Assembly (NCBI RefSeq): GCF_004010195.1
Contig: NC_057720.1
Span: 7,928,012 to 7,992,011, forward strand
DNA: 64,000 nt
Source of the DNA: Chiloscyllium plagiosum
Lineage: Eukaryota
Direction of reading: 5' to 3'
Below are positions 25,168-36,709 of this stretch, one piece after another. The translations under genes were made by a program, and so were the position numbers. Below the pieces are notes generated by a model. That model saw only the letters and a list, made by a program, of their open reading frames with translations, had not been told where the DNA came from and did not search any database. Each line of letters begins with the position of its first letter. The first letter of the stretch is position 1.

Positions 25168-26025
25168 AATCCCCTGGCTGATTTCTGAACTTGGACATCA
25201 GAGGAAGGGAGCTCATTTGACTGCAGGATTTGAGAGCAGGAGGGAGTCCGTAAGATATGCCAGGAAATTCTTACATGCAGTTGCAGATTTTTTTTAAAAA
25301 TGGCAAACCTATCACCTATACATCGAAAATATGCAAAGTTGAGGAAGTTAGGTGTCATTTCATCAAAATCAGGTTTCTGGTGGAATCCAGCAGAAGATGT
25401 TTGTGAGGGTCGGACCTAATGTCAATCCCATGGGAACACTATCCCTCGACGCTAAAACAGGCAGGAAGCTCAGAGACGCACTCCTCAGAGAGCGAGCTGC
25501 CACTTAGACATAAGCGAAATGCAATATTTGTCTCTGAAATGTTCCTTCTGTTAGCCACTCCAGCATTGTGTGCAGAATTTGTTTGTCTGAAACACAAAGC
25601 ATTTTGAGAGCCATCCAGTTCTTAAAGAAAATAAAAGTTGTTGGAAGCTTTTGATCTTGCAACCTTTGCTGTCAAGCTGCCAGTGCTATTTAGTTTATAA
25701 TTTAAGAAGGTTAAGCATGACAGGGGGAAATTGGCTCCAATGAAGTTTCATGGCAAAGTGACAACAAAGAGTTTCAACTCTCATTAATGCAATGGCTTCA
25801 GGGGAAGGGACTGGAAGCAGACCGTTAGGTAAGAGAATAAGAAAGTGCTTCCATTGATATGATGCCTGTCACAACCTCAGGATGATTGAAAACACTTTCC
25901 AGGATTGTTTTTATAGTCACCGTAATGTTAAAAACACAACACACAGCTCACTCTGCAAACTGAGTTCTCGGAAACAAATGTGTGTTAAATGCCACTTAGT
26001 CTACTTTCTAAGTTATGTAGTTTAC

Positions 26026-26305
26026 ATAGAAACACAGAAAATAAAGGTAGGACTAGGCCATTCAGCCCTTCAAGCCTGTTTCACCATGCATCCAGCTCAG
26101 GGCCCCATTCCTCCCTACAACCTTTGATCCCTCTAGCCCTCGGAACTTCTTCATGAAAGCATTCAATATTTTGGTCTCAATCATGTTCTGTAGCAGAGAA
26201 TTCCACAGGCTCCCCACTATCTGGGTGAAGACATTCTCCTTAGTTCCCAACAGCCTACACCATATCCTTCGACTGTGATCTGGTCTGGACTTCCTGGTCA
26301 TCGGT
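26026..26305 (-). mobile_element. CR1 3' end
   Basis: catagaaacacagaaaat..aggccattcagcccttcaagcc; minus FTQIVGSLWNSL. Confidence 0.8.
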
Positions 26306-26585
26306 TTGAGTAATAAATATGAACAAACCACCTGGCTCTGCTTCTTCTCAAAATACGACATTTTACTTTCGCCTGAGAAGACAAACAGAACCTTAGCTTA
26401 ATCTCCCAGCTGATAAAAAACTGCAGCTCTCTCTGTCCTGCACTGGCAATGTCATAAGGTCTTTAATTCATAGAGTTGTGCGGCATGGAAACAGACCATT
26501 CGGTCCAACTCATCCATGCTGATCAAATTGATCTAGTCCCATTTGTCAGCATTTCGTCCATATCCCTCTAAACTCTTCCTACTCT

Positions 26586-27060
26586 TAGAATCTCTACAAT
26601 GTGGAAATAGGCCCTTCAACCCAACTAGTCCACACCGACCCCTCCGAAGAGTAACCCACCCAGATCCATTCCCCTCCCCTATTATCCTACATTTACCCAT
26701 GAATAATACACCTAAGTTACACATCCTTTAACACTTTGTGAAATTTAACATGGGGAGAAAGTGAGGTCTGCAGATGCTGGAGATCAGAGCTGAAAATGTG
26801 TTGCTGGAAAAGCGCAGCAGGTCAGGCAGCATCCAGGGAACAGGAGAATCGACGTTTCGGGCATAAGCCCTTCTTCAGGAATCACTGAAATTTAACATGG
26901 CCAATTCACTGAACTGCACATCTTTGGATTGCGGGAGGAAACCGGAGCACCTAGAGGAAACCCACGCAGACTCGTGGAGAATGTGAAAACTCCACATAGA
27001 CAGATGCCCGAGACTGGAATCGAACCTGGATCTCTGGCATTGTGAGGCAGCAGTGCTAAC
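26586..27060 (-). mobile_element. HE1: HE1 V-SINE nested in HER1, itself containing a PLE
   Basis: Tail, V-domain and tRNA head on the minus strand. Confidence 0.88.
26754..26885 (-). mobile_element. Penelope-like terminus (family A) with intact hammerhead core
   Basis: Minus strand ctgaagaagggcttatgcccgaaacgtc; 15-bp TSD tgaaatttaacatgg (26739-26753 / 26886-26900). Confidence 0.88.
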
Positions 27061-27214
27061 CTTGTACCCATCCAGATGCCTTTCAACTGCTGTAATTGTA
27101 CCAGCCTCCACCACTTCCTCTGTCAGCTCATTCCAAACACACACCACTCTCTGTGTGAATAAAGTTGCCCTTTAGGTCCCCGTTAAATCTTTCACCTCCC
27201 ACCTTAAATTTCTG

Positions 27215-28455
27215 ACTACTTGGAAGTATATGGTAAAATAGGGCAAAGTCAGCATGGTTTCATTAAGGGGAGGTCATGCCCTTTGAACCTGCTAGAATTC
27301 TTTGAGGAAGTAAAGAGCAGATTAGACCAACGAGAGGATGTTATCTACCTGGACTTCAAGAAGGCCTTTGACAAGGTTCTGCACAGGAGACGACTGAGTA
27401 AGATAAGGATCCATGATATCAGAGGCAAGGTCCTGGCAGGGATGGAAGCTTAGCTGTCTGGCAGAAAGCAGGGAGTGGAGATAAAAGGGTCCTTCTCAGG
27501 ATGGCAGCCTGTGACAAGTGGTGTTCCACAACTTTTCACTTTTTACATTAATGATCTAGATGAAGGAACTGAGGACATTTTGGCTAATTTTGCAGATGAT
27601 ACAAAGATAAGTAGGGGGACAAGTAGCATTGAGGTGGTGGGAGGCTGCAGAAGGGTTTGGACAGGTTAGGAGACCTGACAAAGAAATGGCAGATGGGAAA
27701 GAGTGAGGTCATGCACTTTGGTAGGAAGAATAGAGGCATGCAATATTTTCTACATCAGGAGCAAATTCAGAAGTCTGGAAGAGACTTGGGAATCCTAGTC
27801 CAGATTGTCTCAACGTAAACTTGCAGACTGAGTCAGTAGTTAGGAAGGCAACGCAGTGATGGCATTTATTTTGAGAGGACTTGAATATGAAAGCAGGGAT
27901 GTACTTCTGAGGCTCTATGCAGCTCTGGTCAGACCACATTGTGCACAGATTTGGGCCCCATAGCTCAGGAAGGATGTACCAACCGTGGAGTGAGTTCAGA
28001 GGAGGGTCATGAGAAGGGTCCCAGGAATGAAAAGCTTAACATATGAGGAACATTTAAGGGCTCTGGGTTTATACTCGATGAGGGGAATCTAATTGAAACA
28101 TACATAATACTGAATGGCCTGGAGAAAGTAGATGTTGGGAAGATGTTTCCATTGGTAGGAGAGACTAGGACCCGAGGGCATAGCCTTAGAGTAAAGAGAA
28201 GACTCTTTAGAACGGAGAGAAGGAGAAACTGCATCAGCCAGAGAGTGGTGAATCTATGGAAATCATTGGCACAGAAGGCTTTAGAGGCCAGATCATTGAG
28301 AATATTTATGACAGAGATAAATAGGTTCTTGAGTATCAAGGGGACCAAGGGTTATGGGGAGAAAGCGGGACAGTGGGTTTGAGGAACAATGGGGTTAAGC
28401 CATGACTGAATGGTCTAATTCCTGCTCCTATGTTTTATGGTCTTATAATCTTATG
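27215..28455 (+). mobile_element. CR1 LINE, RT domain to 3' end (disrupted ORF2)
   Basis: SQHGFIKGRSC..NLLEFFEEV..IYLDFKKAFDKV; GVPQ..YINDL..FADDTKI; stops and frameshifts. Confidence 0.93.
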
Positions 28456-29084
28456 GTCTAAACCTTTGCCTTCTCGTTTTGAAATTCCCTACTGTTGGGT
28501 AAAGACCTTGTCTGCTTACCCTATCCATACCCCTCATGATTTTACAATCCTCTATAAAGTCACTCCTCAGCCTCTGAAAATAGCCCCAGCCTATTCAGCC
28601 TCGCGCTATAGCTCAAACCTTCCAACCCTGGCAACATCCTTGTAAATCATTCCTGAAACCTTTCAAGTTTCACAACATCTTTCCTATAGCAGGGAGACCA
28701 GAATTGAATGCAGTATTCCAACCAATGTCAACCCAACTTTTGTGATTATTGTCCAAAGCTTCCAATCTTTCAATTATCCGAGATTGGACGGTAGTTGGAG
28801 ATTTATGTCAGGAGCCTGACACAACTGCGTATGTGGAAATTCGTTCGAAGCTCAATATTCTGACTGGCTGATTCCCATTGGCCTGGGATCTTTGCAGCTG
28901 TCTTTGCCAACATTGAACTCAGCCTTTGAGTGTTGGATCACATATGTGACACTTAACCAGATTCTTGTCTTTCAAGTGATTCACTTGTCCATGATTCACC
29001 CTCATCACTCAAATGAACATCACAACTGGCACCAACTTCTCTACTTGACCTGACTACCCTACAAGTCACTTTACAGAGTTCACT

Positions 29085-29352
29085 AAAGGGATGTGAGCAT
29101 TACAAGATGGTCAGCATTTATTACCTGTCCCCAGTTGCCCTTGAGAAGGTGGGTGAGCTGCCTTATTGAACCGCTGCAGTCCATCTGCTGTGGGTGGACC
29201 CACAATGCCCTTAGGGAGGGAATTCCAGGATTGTGACCCAGTGACAGTGACGGAACGGCAATATATTTCCAAGTCAGGATGGTGAGTGGTTTGGAGGGGA
29301 ACTTGCTGGAGGTGACGTTCCCATGTCTCTGCTGTCCTTGTCCTTCAAGATA
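29085..29352 (-). mobile_element. 3' end of the second CR1-group LINE
   Basis: gggatgtgagc..agcatttatt..gcccttgagaaggtgg..gggagggaattccagga. Confidence 0.8.
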
Positions 29353-29540
29353 GAAAAATAAACAAAGAACTGTGTTTTCTGGAAATCAGAAACAAAAACA
29401 GAAATTGCTGGAGAAACTCAGCAAGTTTGGCAGCATCTGTGGACAGAAAGCAGAGTTAATGTTTCGAGTCCACCAACACATCTTCAGAACTCGCTTTCTT
29501 TCTGATTTCCAGCATCCACGGTTGTTCGTTTTATTTTTCT
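29353..29540. mobile_element. Penelope-like terminus (family C) with a short inverted tail
   Basis: cagaaattgctggagaaactcagc..gagttaatgtttcgagtcc..cttcagaact, then ttctgatttccagcatcc. Confidence 0.7.
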
Positions 29541-29584
29541 TTAAAGTCCCAGAGGCCTGGGTTTGAATCCTGACTTTGAATAAA

Positions 29585-30478
29585 TAGACAACAGACAATA
29601 GGTGCAGGAGTAGGCCACTTGGCCTTTCATGCTAGCACCACCATTCATTATGATCATGGCTGATCATCCACAATCAATAGAGTTTAGATCAGAGTGGTGC
29701 TGGAAAAGCACAGCAGGTCAGGCTGCATCTGAGGAGCAAGAAAATCGACGTTTTGGGCAAAAGCCCTTCATCAGGAATAGAAGCAGGAAGCCTCCAGGGT
29801 GGAGAGATCCACAATCAGTATCCCATTCCTGCCTTATCCCCATAATCTTTGATTCCACTATCTTTAAGAGCTCTATCCAACTCTTTCTTGAAAGTATCTA
29901 GAGACTTGGCCTCCACAGCCTTCTGAGGCAGAGCATTTCACACACACACTCTGTGTGGGTGAAGAAGTTTCTCCTCAACACTGTTCCAAATAGCCTTCCA
30001 CTTACTGTTAAACAGTCCTCTGGTTCTGGACTCACCCATCAGCGGAAACCTGCTTCCTGCCTCCAGACTGTCCAATCCTTTAATAATTTTATACGTCTCA
30101 ATCAGATCCCCTCTCATCCTTCTAAACCCAACTGTATACAAGCCCAGTCGCTCCAATCTTTCAACATATGATAGTCCCGCCATTCCGGGAATTGACCTTG
30201 TGAACCTACGCTGCACTTCCTCAATAGCCAGAATGTCCTTCCACAAATTAGGAGACCAGAACTGCACACAATACTCCAGGTGCGGTTTCCTACCAGGGCC
30301 CTGTACAGCTGCAGAAGAACCTCTTTGCTTCTATACTCAATTTCTCTTGTTATGAAGGCCAGCATGCCATAAGCTTTCTTCACTGCCTGCTGTACCTGCA
30401 TGTTTGCTTTCATCGACTGATGTACAAGAACACCGAGATTGCGTTATACTTCCCCTTTACCTAACTTGACTCCATTTA
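29585..30478 (-). mobile_element. CR1 LINE 3' ~0.75 kb with a PLE insert
   Basis: Minus ORFs QVQQAVKKAYGMLAFI.. and QFWSP..VQRRFTR..RGDLIETYKII. Confidence 0.92.
29677..29806 (-). mobile_element. Penelope-like terminus (family A)
   Basis: 11-bp TSD atccacaatca (29666-29676 / 29807-29817); minus core ctgatgaagggcttttgcccaaaacgtc. Confidence 0.85.
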
Positions 30479-30480
30479 GA

Positions 30481-30603
30481 ACCCTGGGTTTAAATTTCGG
30501 ATTTGAATTCCACGTTTGAATCCTGGGTTTTAACCCTGGGTTTAGATCATGGTTTTTAATTCCGGGTTTTAACCCTGAGTTTGGATCCTGGGTTTGAATC
30601 CTG
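30481..30603 (+). repeat. 13-bp minisatellite, ~9.5 copies, consensus ATCCTGGGTTTGA (SINE B-box derived)
   Basis: accctgggtttaa/atttcggatttga/attccacgtttga/atcctgggtttta/accctgggtttag/atcatggttttta/attccgggtttta/accctgagtttgg/atcctgggtttga/atcctg. Confidence 0.85.
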
Positions 30604-30659
30604 TCACAGCAGATGGTGGAATTTAAATGATATAATATTCTGAATTAAGACTGTGAGGA

Positions 30660-31450
30660 TAACCACTGGGGAATCGAAGCAGAGACTGGCCGACCCCTTA
30701 GCAGAACACTTACATCCTGTCCACAAAAAAACCCCTGAGCTTCCAGTTGCCTGCCACTTTAACATCCCATCCTGTTCCCTGGCCAACGTCTCTGTCTCAG
30801 GCTTGCTGCAGTGCTCCAGCGAAGCTGGAAGAACAGCACATCATTTTCCTAGGTGACAGTGAGGCCTACAGATGCTAGAGATCAGAGTTGAGAGTGTGTT
30901 GCTGGAAAAGCACAGAAGATCAGGTAACATCCAAGGAGCAGGATGTTGCCTGACCTGCTGTGCTTTTCCAACAGCACAGTCTCAACAGCACCTTATTTTC
31001 CACTTGGGGACCCTGCAGCTTCTAGACTCAATATCGAGTTCCATAACTTTAGGGCTTGAGCTCTCCCATGTCCTTACCCCAACACCCACACACCAGGCCT
31101 TGTTATCACACAGTCTGTTAATACATACAACACATTGTCAGCCACTAACAGTCCCCATTAACAGCTATTCACCCTCCTAGCCAGATCGCTATCCACTCCT
31201 TTGTCTGTCCAATTGTTCTTCTCTGTCTTTGGGCAGTATCTCCACCTACTGTTTACTGCTTGTTCCCTCTTCCCCCACCCTCTCTTCTGCATACAAACTG
31301 ACATTTCCCTAGCTTCCATCAGTTCTGAGGAAGGGTCACCGGACCTGAAACTCTGAATTCTCACCACAGATGCTGCCAGACCTGCTGAGTTTTTCCAGCA
31401 ATCTCTATTTTTGTTTCTGAGTTACAGCATCCGCAGTTCTTTCAATTTTT
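30660..31450 (+). mobile_element. Penelope-like element (family C): GIY-YIG endonuclease C-half + 3' terminus
   Basis: TGESKQRLAD.LAEHL..PELPVACHFN, QHLIFHLGTLQ, ..NIEFHNFRA; pyrimidine-rich UTR; degenerate core ctgaggaagggtcaccggacctgaaac. Confidence 0.85.
30851..30983. mobile_element. Fold-back family A PLE nested in the family C PLE
   Basis: Inverted arms without hammerhead; duplicated target aacagcacatcattttcc / aacagcaccttattttcc. Confidence 0.75.
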
Positions 31451-32529
31451 TACTCGGCTGAACGTTGCTGATTGCCATTAAAAGAAATTCTGAAGGAAAG
31501 TGGTGTCCTTACCTGGTCTGGCCTACATGTGACTCCAGACCCACAGCAACATGGTTGACTCCTAACTTCCCTCTGGGCAATTAGGGATGGGCAATAAACA
31601 CTGACTTAGTTAGTGATACCCTCATCCTGAATTTAAAAAAAGAGCAAAAGCAGCCTTTCTTTCTCTGGACTATCTCTGCTATTTATCAACTGAAGGACTT
31701 GTTGACAGCCTTGAAAAAGAAGCAACTCAAAAGGAAAATCTGAGTTTTAAAGATAAGTGATGAAAAATTCCAACGACTCTGCCTCCTCTTAAAATTTAAA
31801 GCCAGAACTCGAAAGAGTGCAGAGATGTCTGGATGGATCTCGTATATTTGCTGTGAGCAAAAGAAAAATGACTGTGCATCATTCTGATGTGGTATTTTGA
31901 AGGTGACAAGCAAATATGTGATTTGCAATAAAATTGAGAAGCTGCAAAGCTCAGGAGGAGGCTAATGAGCCCACTATGCCTGTGATAACTCTTTGAAAAG
32001 AGATATCCAGTTAATTGAACTCTGCCCCCATCTCCAGTCTGGTGGGCACGGACTCAGTGAAAAAGGACGATAACTTGGGTCCTTTAAATACACTTTGTAT
32101 TCTCGTTCTGGATGTTAGTCTATTTTTTCCCTACTATTTCTATTCTGTGACAACACTTTCAGTATCAGTAACTTGGTACCCTGTACCTAGGATTGCACCG
32201 AGAGGAAACATTACAAACTTTTCACTGAACTCACTTGCTCTCTATTCTTTCCTGCAGATATTTCCAGTTGCAAAAGTATATTTAAGACCCATCACAATTG
32301 AGTGACCTTTCCGCACCCCTTTGAGGCCAGCATTCCTAAAGAAAATGCTACATTATGTAGCACTATTATTCCTTACATCTCAGTTTGTCTGGGGCAAAGG
32401 CTGGGTCTGGGTGGGATGCTTGTCGGCAGGTTGGTGCAGTCTGAGCAGGCCGAATGGCCTCTTTCTGCACTGTCATGATTCAATGATAATACTGTGCTCC
32501 TCTGTCCCACAGTACTGGCCAGTCTTTGA

Positions 32530-32880
32530 TTGATGCTGGGAAGTTGGTTCTGTCAGGCGCGGCTACTAGGACCCGTGGGCACAGCCTCAGAATTAGAGGA
32601 GGTCAATTTAAAATGGAAATGAGGAGACATTTCTTCAGCCAGAGAGTGGTGAGCTTGCGGAATTCATTGCCACGGAGCACAGCGGAGGCCAGCACATTAA
32701 ATGTCTTCAAGCCAGAAATTGATAAATTCTTAATCTCGCAAGGATTTATGGGAAACGGGGAGAGAGTGCGGATAAGTGGGGTTGAAATACCCATCAGCCA
32801 TGACTGAATGACGCAACCTGACTCGATGGGCCGACTGGCCTTACATCCACTCCTTTGTCTTATAGTTTTATGATCTTATG
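32530..32880 (+). mobile_element. CR1 3' end (preceded by an HE1-like tail at ~32390-32490)
   Basis: ORF 32526-32807 TRTRGHSLRIRG..RRHFFSQRVVSL.NSLP. Confidence 0.88.
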
Positions 32881-32900
32881 GACCTGCATCTGTCTGAGAT

Positions 32901-32946
32901 GGAGTGGGGGGGGTGGGGGGGGGGGGGGGGGGTGGTGGGGGGGTGG
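32901..32946 (+). repeat. Poly-G tract
   Basis: Near-pure G run; G-quadruplex-capable. Confidence 0.9.
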
Positions 32947-33688
32947 ACGAGTTGAAAAATCCTTCCTTCACTCTGTGAAATGGCTGGAGTGTTGGACAAT
33001 GCTTCCCTCAACGTGTCCCCTTGGGACTGAGCTAAATAGAGGTGTGTGGACCATGAAGAGCACCTCTTAAAATTCCCCTCTTTCCCGTTAATGAGATTTC
33101 TCACTGCTTCACAAGACACTCAGTTAAAACAAGACATTGGATGAGAATGCTCCTCACTCCTGAAAGAATAAAGTAAGCTTTATTTAATATATTTTAAAAA
33201 AATGAATTTTAGCAGAGATTATTGCCCAGGAAGACAGCAGCAGTTAATATTATTCCAAGTGAGTACTCTCTCGTCTCGTTCTCTCTCTCTCCAGACATGA
33301 CTGTCTATCATCTTTGAAATCCTCTTAAATAGGGATTAAGTATTAAATTCATATGGGCTGCTTTGGCCCCAACCAGTTCATCAGAGAGGGAGAGAGAGAG
33401 AAACAGCCGGGCATGAATATTTAGTTTCATAGCATGGCAGAAAATTTGAATATCTTTTCAAATTCACCCAAAGCTCCCAGTGCAAGGAAAGAAAGCTACC
33501 CCGAAGACGCTCCATGGGTTTGCTTTACAAAGAGTCCCCAGCAAACCAGGAGGGAAATGGCTGTGCTGTGATCAGACTTAAGACAGCGCCATTTTATTCT
33601 GTCGTAGAGGAATGGGGAATGGTAGTTATAAAAGATTTCCTTAGCATCAACTCACCCATCATGCTTTGACAGCCACGTTATACAATGA

Positions 33689-34066
33689 TCATAGAATCCC
33701 TACAGTGTGAAAACTGCAGGGATTTGACCCTTTTGAAACAAGGCAGAGGGTCATGTTGATTAGACATCCTTTGTTTTAACTTTGGCCCTCCTATACTGAC
33801 CCTCCTAAGAATGACCCTTTCAGACCCATTTACCCCTGACCAATGCACCTAACCTACATACCCCTGAACAGCACAGGCAATTTAGCATGGCCAATCCAGC
33901 TAACCTGCACAGCTTCAGACTGTGGGGGGAAACTGGAGCACCCGGAGGAAACCCCGCAGACACAGGGAGAATGTGTAAACTCCACACAGACAGTCACCCG
34001 AGGAATCAAACCTGGGTCCCTGGCGCTCTGAGGCAGTAGTGCTAAACACTGAGCCACTGTGCCACC
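33689..34066 (-). mobile_element. HE1: HE1 V-SINE with a ~70-bp insert near the tail
   Basis: Head ggtggcacagtggctcagtg and V-domain on the minus strand. Confidence 0.85.
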
Positions 34067-35353
34067 AATTTAAGGTGGATAGCAATCAAGGATTAGACTC
34101 TGGAGGTTTTGCTTAACTCACTCCACTCCCTAAAATGAACACTGAGATGAGTTTCAACAATTACAACAGCCTATTCCTCCTCACCTACCACCATTTAGCT
34201 AAGACGGTCCATATTGGGATCTTTCGGTCTGCATTTTTATAAATCACAAGAGTGCTTCTGTCTCTGGCAGCCTTGCTTCATACTATTTATGAAGACTATC
34301 ATATTGGAATGTGAGGCTGTTATATGATTGAACTATCAGGAAGTGCATTCCTTGAATAAAAATTCTCATGCTCCAATATACCCTGAACTTCAAATTAATT
34401 TTGATATTTTAAAACAGACACATTATGCTGTAAAGATGGACATCTGACTTCTTTTGTATACTGGAACTAGACCCCACTCAAGAGGAAACAAAAGAAACTT
34501 TCTGGACTTATGTTAATCAGTGCCCTTCCCTAAAACCCATGGTAAAGGTATTATCATCAAACTGAATAGGTTGTTTAAGCATAAAGACACTGACTGCCTC
34601 AAACTCCAAAGGAGTTAACACGCAACAAAGGTGTCTAATCGACATGACCATCTGCCTTGTTTGGAAAAGGACGTTGAACTTGTAAAAGTCACTTGATGAG
34701 AGAGCCATGCTATTGCCTCCTTTTCAAATCAGGTAGACAGTGTTTTGCAAACATATGTCAACCAGAAGCCATCAAATTGGCTGTAAGGAATTCAAACAGC
34801 CAAGATAACCGTCAAAAATGTCTCAAAAGTGGGAGATCCCAACAGAGAGAGAGAGACTCTGTCCCAACCTGTTCCGACTGCAATTCATCTGATAACCCAT
34901 CTACCTGAAATTCAACTACAAGAAACTTTATAGCTTGCTGAAAATCCTATCATGACCGGGACCCTCTCTGCAATGTAAAAGAATTCACTTCCTTCAAGTA
35001 TCGTGCCTGTCTTGAGGGAGGTGGAGATTATAAACTCAGGATTGAATTAACCACATGTTGTAATAATTTACTATATTGTTCTACAGCCATTCTTAGTGCC
35101 AATGAAAGTGTGAGATGTTGTATTTTAAATTAGGAGCGGGTGCGTGACAATAACTGACATCTACTTTTAAACTCACAAAATCTTGCTGCATGGAACAGAA
35201 TTCCCAGATTCTCACCACCCCCTGGTATTTTAAACTGTTTTCTAATTTCCCTTCCTTTTTCAGATTTGAAGAATACATCTCATTGTTATTGAATCTCCCA
35301 CCAAAGGACATTATTACTTTTTATCTACATTGTCAGATACTTTCACTATTATC

Positions 35354-35696
35354 AGTCAGGTCCACGCCCCCCTACAACCCACCATCCTATCCTGGCACCT
35401 TCCCCTGCAGGAATTGCAAAACTTGCGCCCACGCCTCCTCCCTCACCTCCATCCAAGGCCCTAAAGGAGCCTTCCACATCCATCAGTGTCTTACCTGCAC
35501 ATCCACCAATATCAGTTATTGTATCTGTTGCTCCTGATGCGGTCTCTTCTACATTGGGGAGACTGGACGCCCCCTTGCAGAGCGCTTTAGGGAACATTAC
35601 CGGGACACCCGCACCAATCAATCCCACGACCCTGTGGGCCACCATTTCAACTCCTCCTCCCACTCTGCCGAGGACATGGAGGTCCTGGGCCTCCTT
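35354..35696 (+). mobile_element. Penelope-like element ORF fragment: Cys-rich linker + GIY-YIG endonuclease (Neptune-like), pseudogenised
   Basis: PGTFPCRNCKTCAH..CTSTNISYCICCS*CGLFYIGETGRPLAERFREH..PVGHHFNS..HSAEDMEVLGL. Confidence 0.9.
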
Positions 35697-35811
35697 CAAA
35701 TTGCAAACAAGCCAACTGAGCTGACAGACATTCCCATAATTAAAGAGTTAATTTAGACTGTTCCACTATCTACTGTGCACAGGATTTCAGTCCAGGACAT
35801 TACTTTGTTTT

Positions 35812-35848
35812 ATTCCTGATGAAGGGCTTTTGCCCGAAACGTCGATTT
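35812..35848 (+). ncRNA. Minimal type I hammerhead ribozyme motif (PLE family A terminus 35802-35943)
   Basis: CTGATGA(35816-22)-A-GGGC TTTT GCCC-GAAA-CGTC(35843); stem III is the palindrome ACGT. Confidence 0.75.
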
Positions 35849-36039
35849 TGCTGCTCCTTGGATGCTGCCTGAACTGCTGTGCTTTTCCAGCACCACTCTA
35901 ATCCAGAATCTGGTTTCCAGCGTCTGCAGTCATTGTTTTTACCTAAAAAGAAAATGTAGCCAGTGTGTGACTTAAACTTGTACACAATTCTTCAAATTCA
36001 GGTGAGAGTCAACTCTGAGCTGTAAAAAGTAGTTTTTTA

Positions 36040-36480
36040 AAAATCCATTTATAGGATGAGGATGTCACTGGCTAGGCCAGCATTTATTGCCCATCTCTAA
36101 TTGCCCAGAGGGCTGTTAAGAGTCAACCATATTGGCTTTGGAGTCACATGTACGCCAGACCAGGTAAGGATGGTAGTTTTGTTCCTTAAAGGACATTAGT
36201 GAATCAAATGAGATTTCCCCAACAATTGGTCATTAATTCATTGCCATCATTCGACTCTTAATTCTAGATTTTTATTAAATTCAAATTCCACTATCTACTG
36301 TGCACAGGATTTCAGTCCAGGACATTACTTTGTTTTATTCCTGATGAAGGGCTTTTGCCCGAAACGTCGATTTTGCTGCTCCTTGGATGCTGCCTGAACT
36401 GCTGTGCTCTTCCAGCACCACCAATCCAGAATCCCTCAAAGTTAACAGTCCAGTGATAATATTCCTAGGCTATCACCAAG
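36040..36480 (-). mobile_element. MetaSINE-like SINE containing a PLE terminus (36327-36433)
   Basis: Tail, core and body 36040-36326; head remnant after 36434. Confidence 0.8.
36337..36373 (+). ncRNA. Minimal type I hammerhead ribozyme motif (second, direct copy)
   Basis: CTGATGA(36341-47)-A-GGGC TTTT GCCC-GAAA-CGTC(36368). Confidence 0.75.
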
Positions 36481-36709
36481 TTAAAGGTGCTGCACACATC
36501 AGGCCATCGGTGCTGCTTCCTCATTAAAGAGAGGGAGAGAGCGAGATGATGGATGTTGGTTTCACCTGAGGATAGTCCTTCGTGGTAACCTCAGCTGGAA
36601 TGGGAACTGACCCATAATGTTGACAAAACTCCAAATTGCAAACAAGCCAACTGAGCTGACAGACATTCCCATAATTAAAGAGTTAATTTAGACTGTTCAC
36701 TCTTCAAAT

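Larger units (their letters stand above)
26468..28730 (-). mobile_element. HER1: HER1 LINE 3' part broken into pieces (26468-26585, 27061-27210, 28460-28730) by nested inserts
   Basis: HER1 sequence resumes collinearly after each insert. Confidence 0.8.
29545..31640 (+). mobile_element. MetaSINE-like SINE stretched over 2.1 kb by nested inserts (pieces ~29545-29580, 30481-30650, 31470-31640)
   Basis: Head gggtttgaatcc, body gcagatggtggaatttaaat, core ccttacctggtctggcctacatgtgactccagaccc and tail are collinear across the inserts. Confidence 0.65.

Noticed and set aside
30481..30603. Short periodic repeat as a CRISPR array
   Set aside because: No unique spacers, eukaryotic context, no cas genes.
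35354..35696. GIY-YIG as a domesticated host nuclease exon
   Set aside because: In-frame stop, truncated at both ends, associated with PLE termini.
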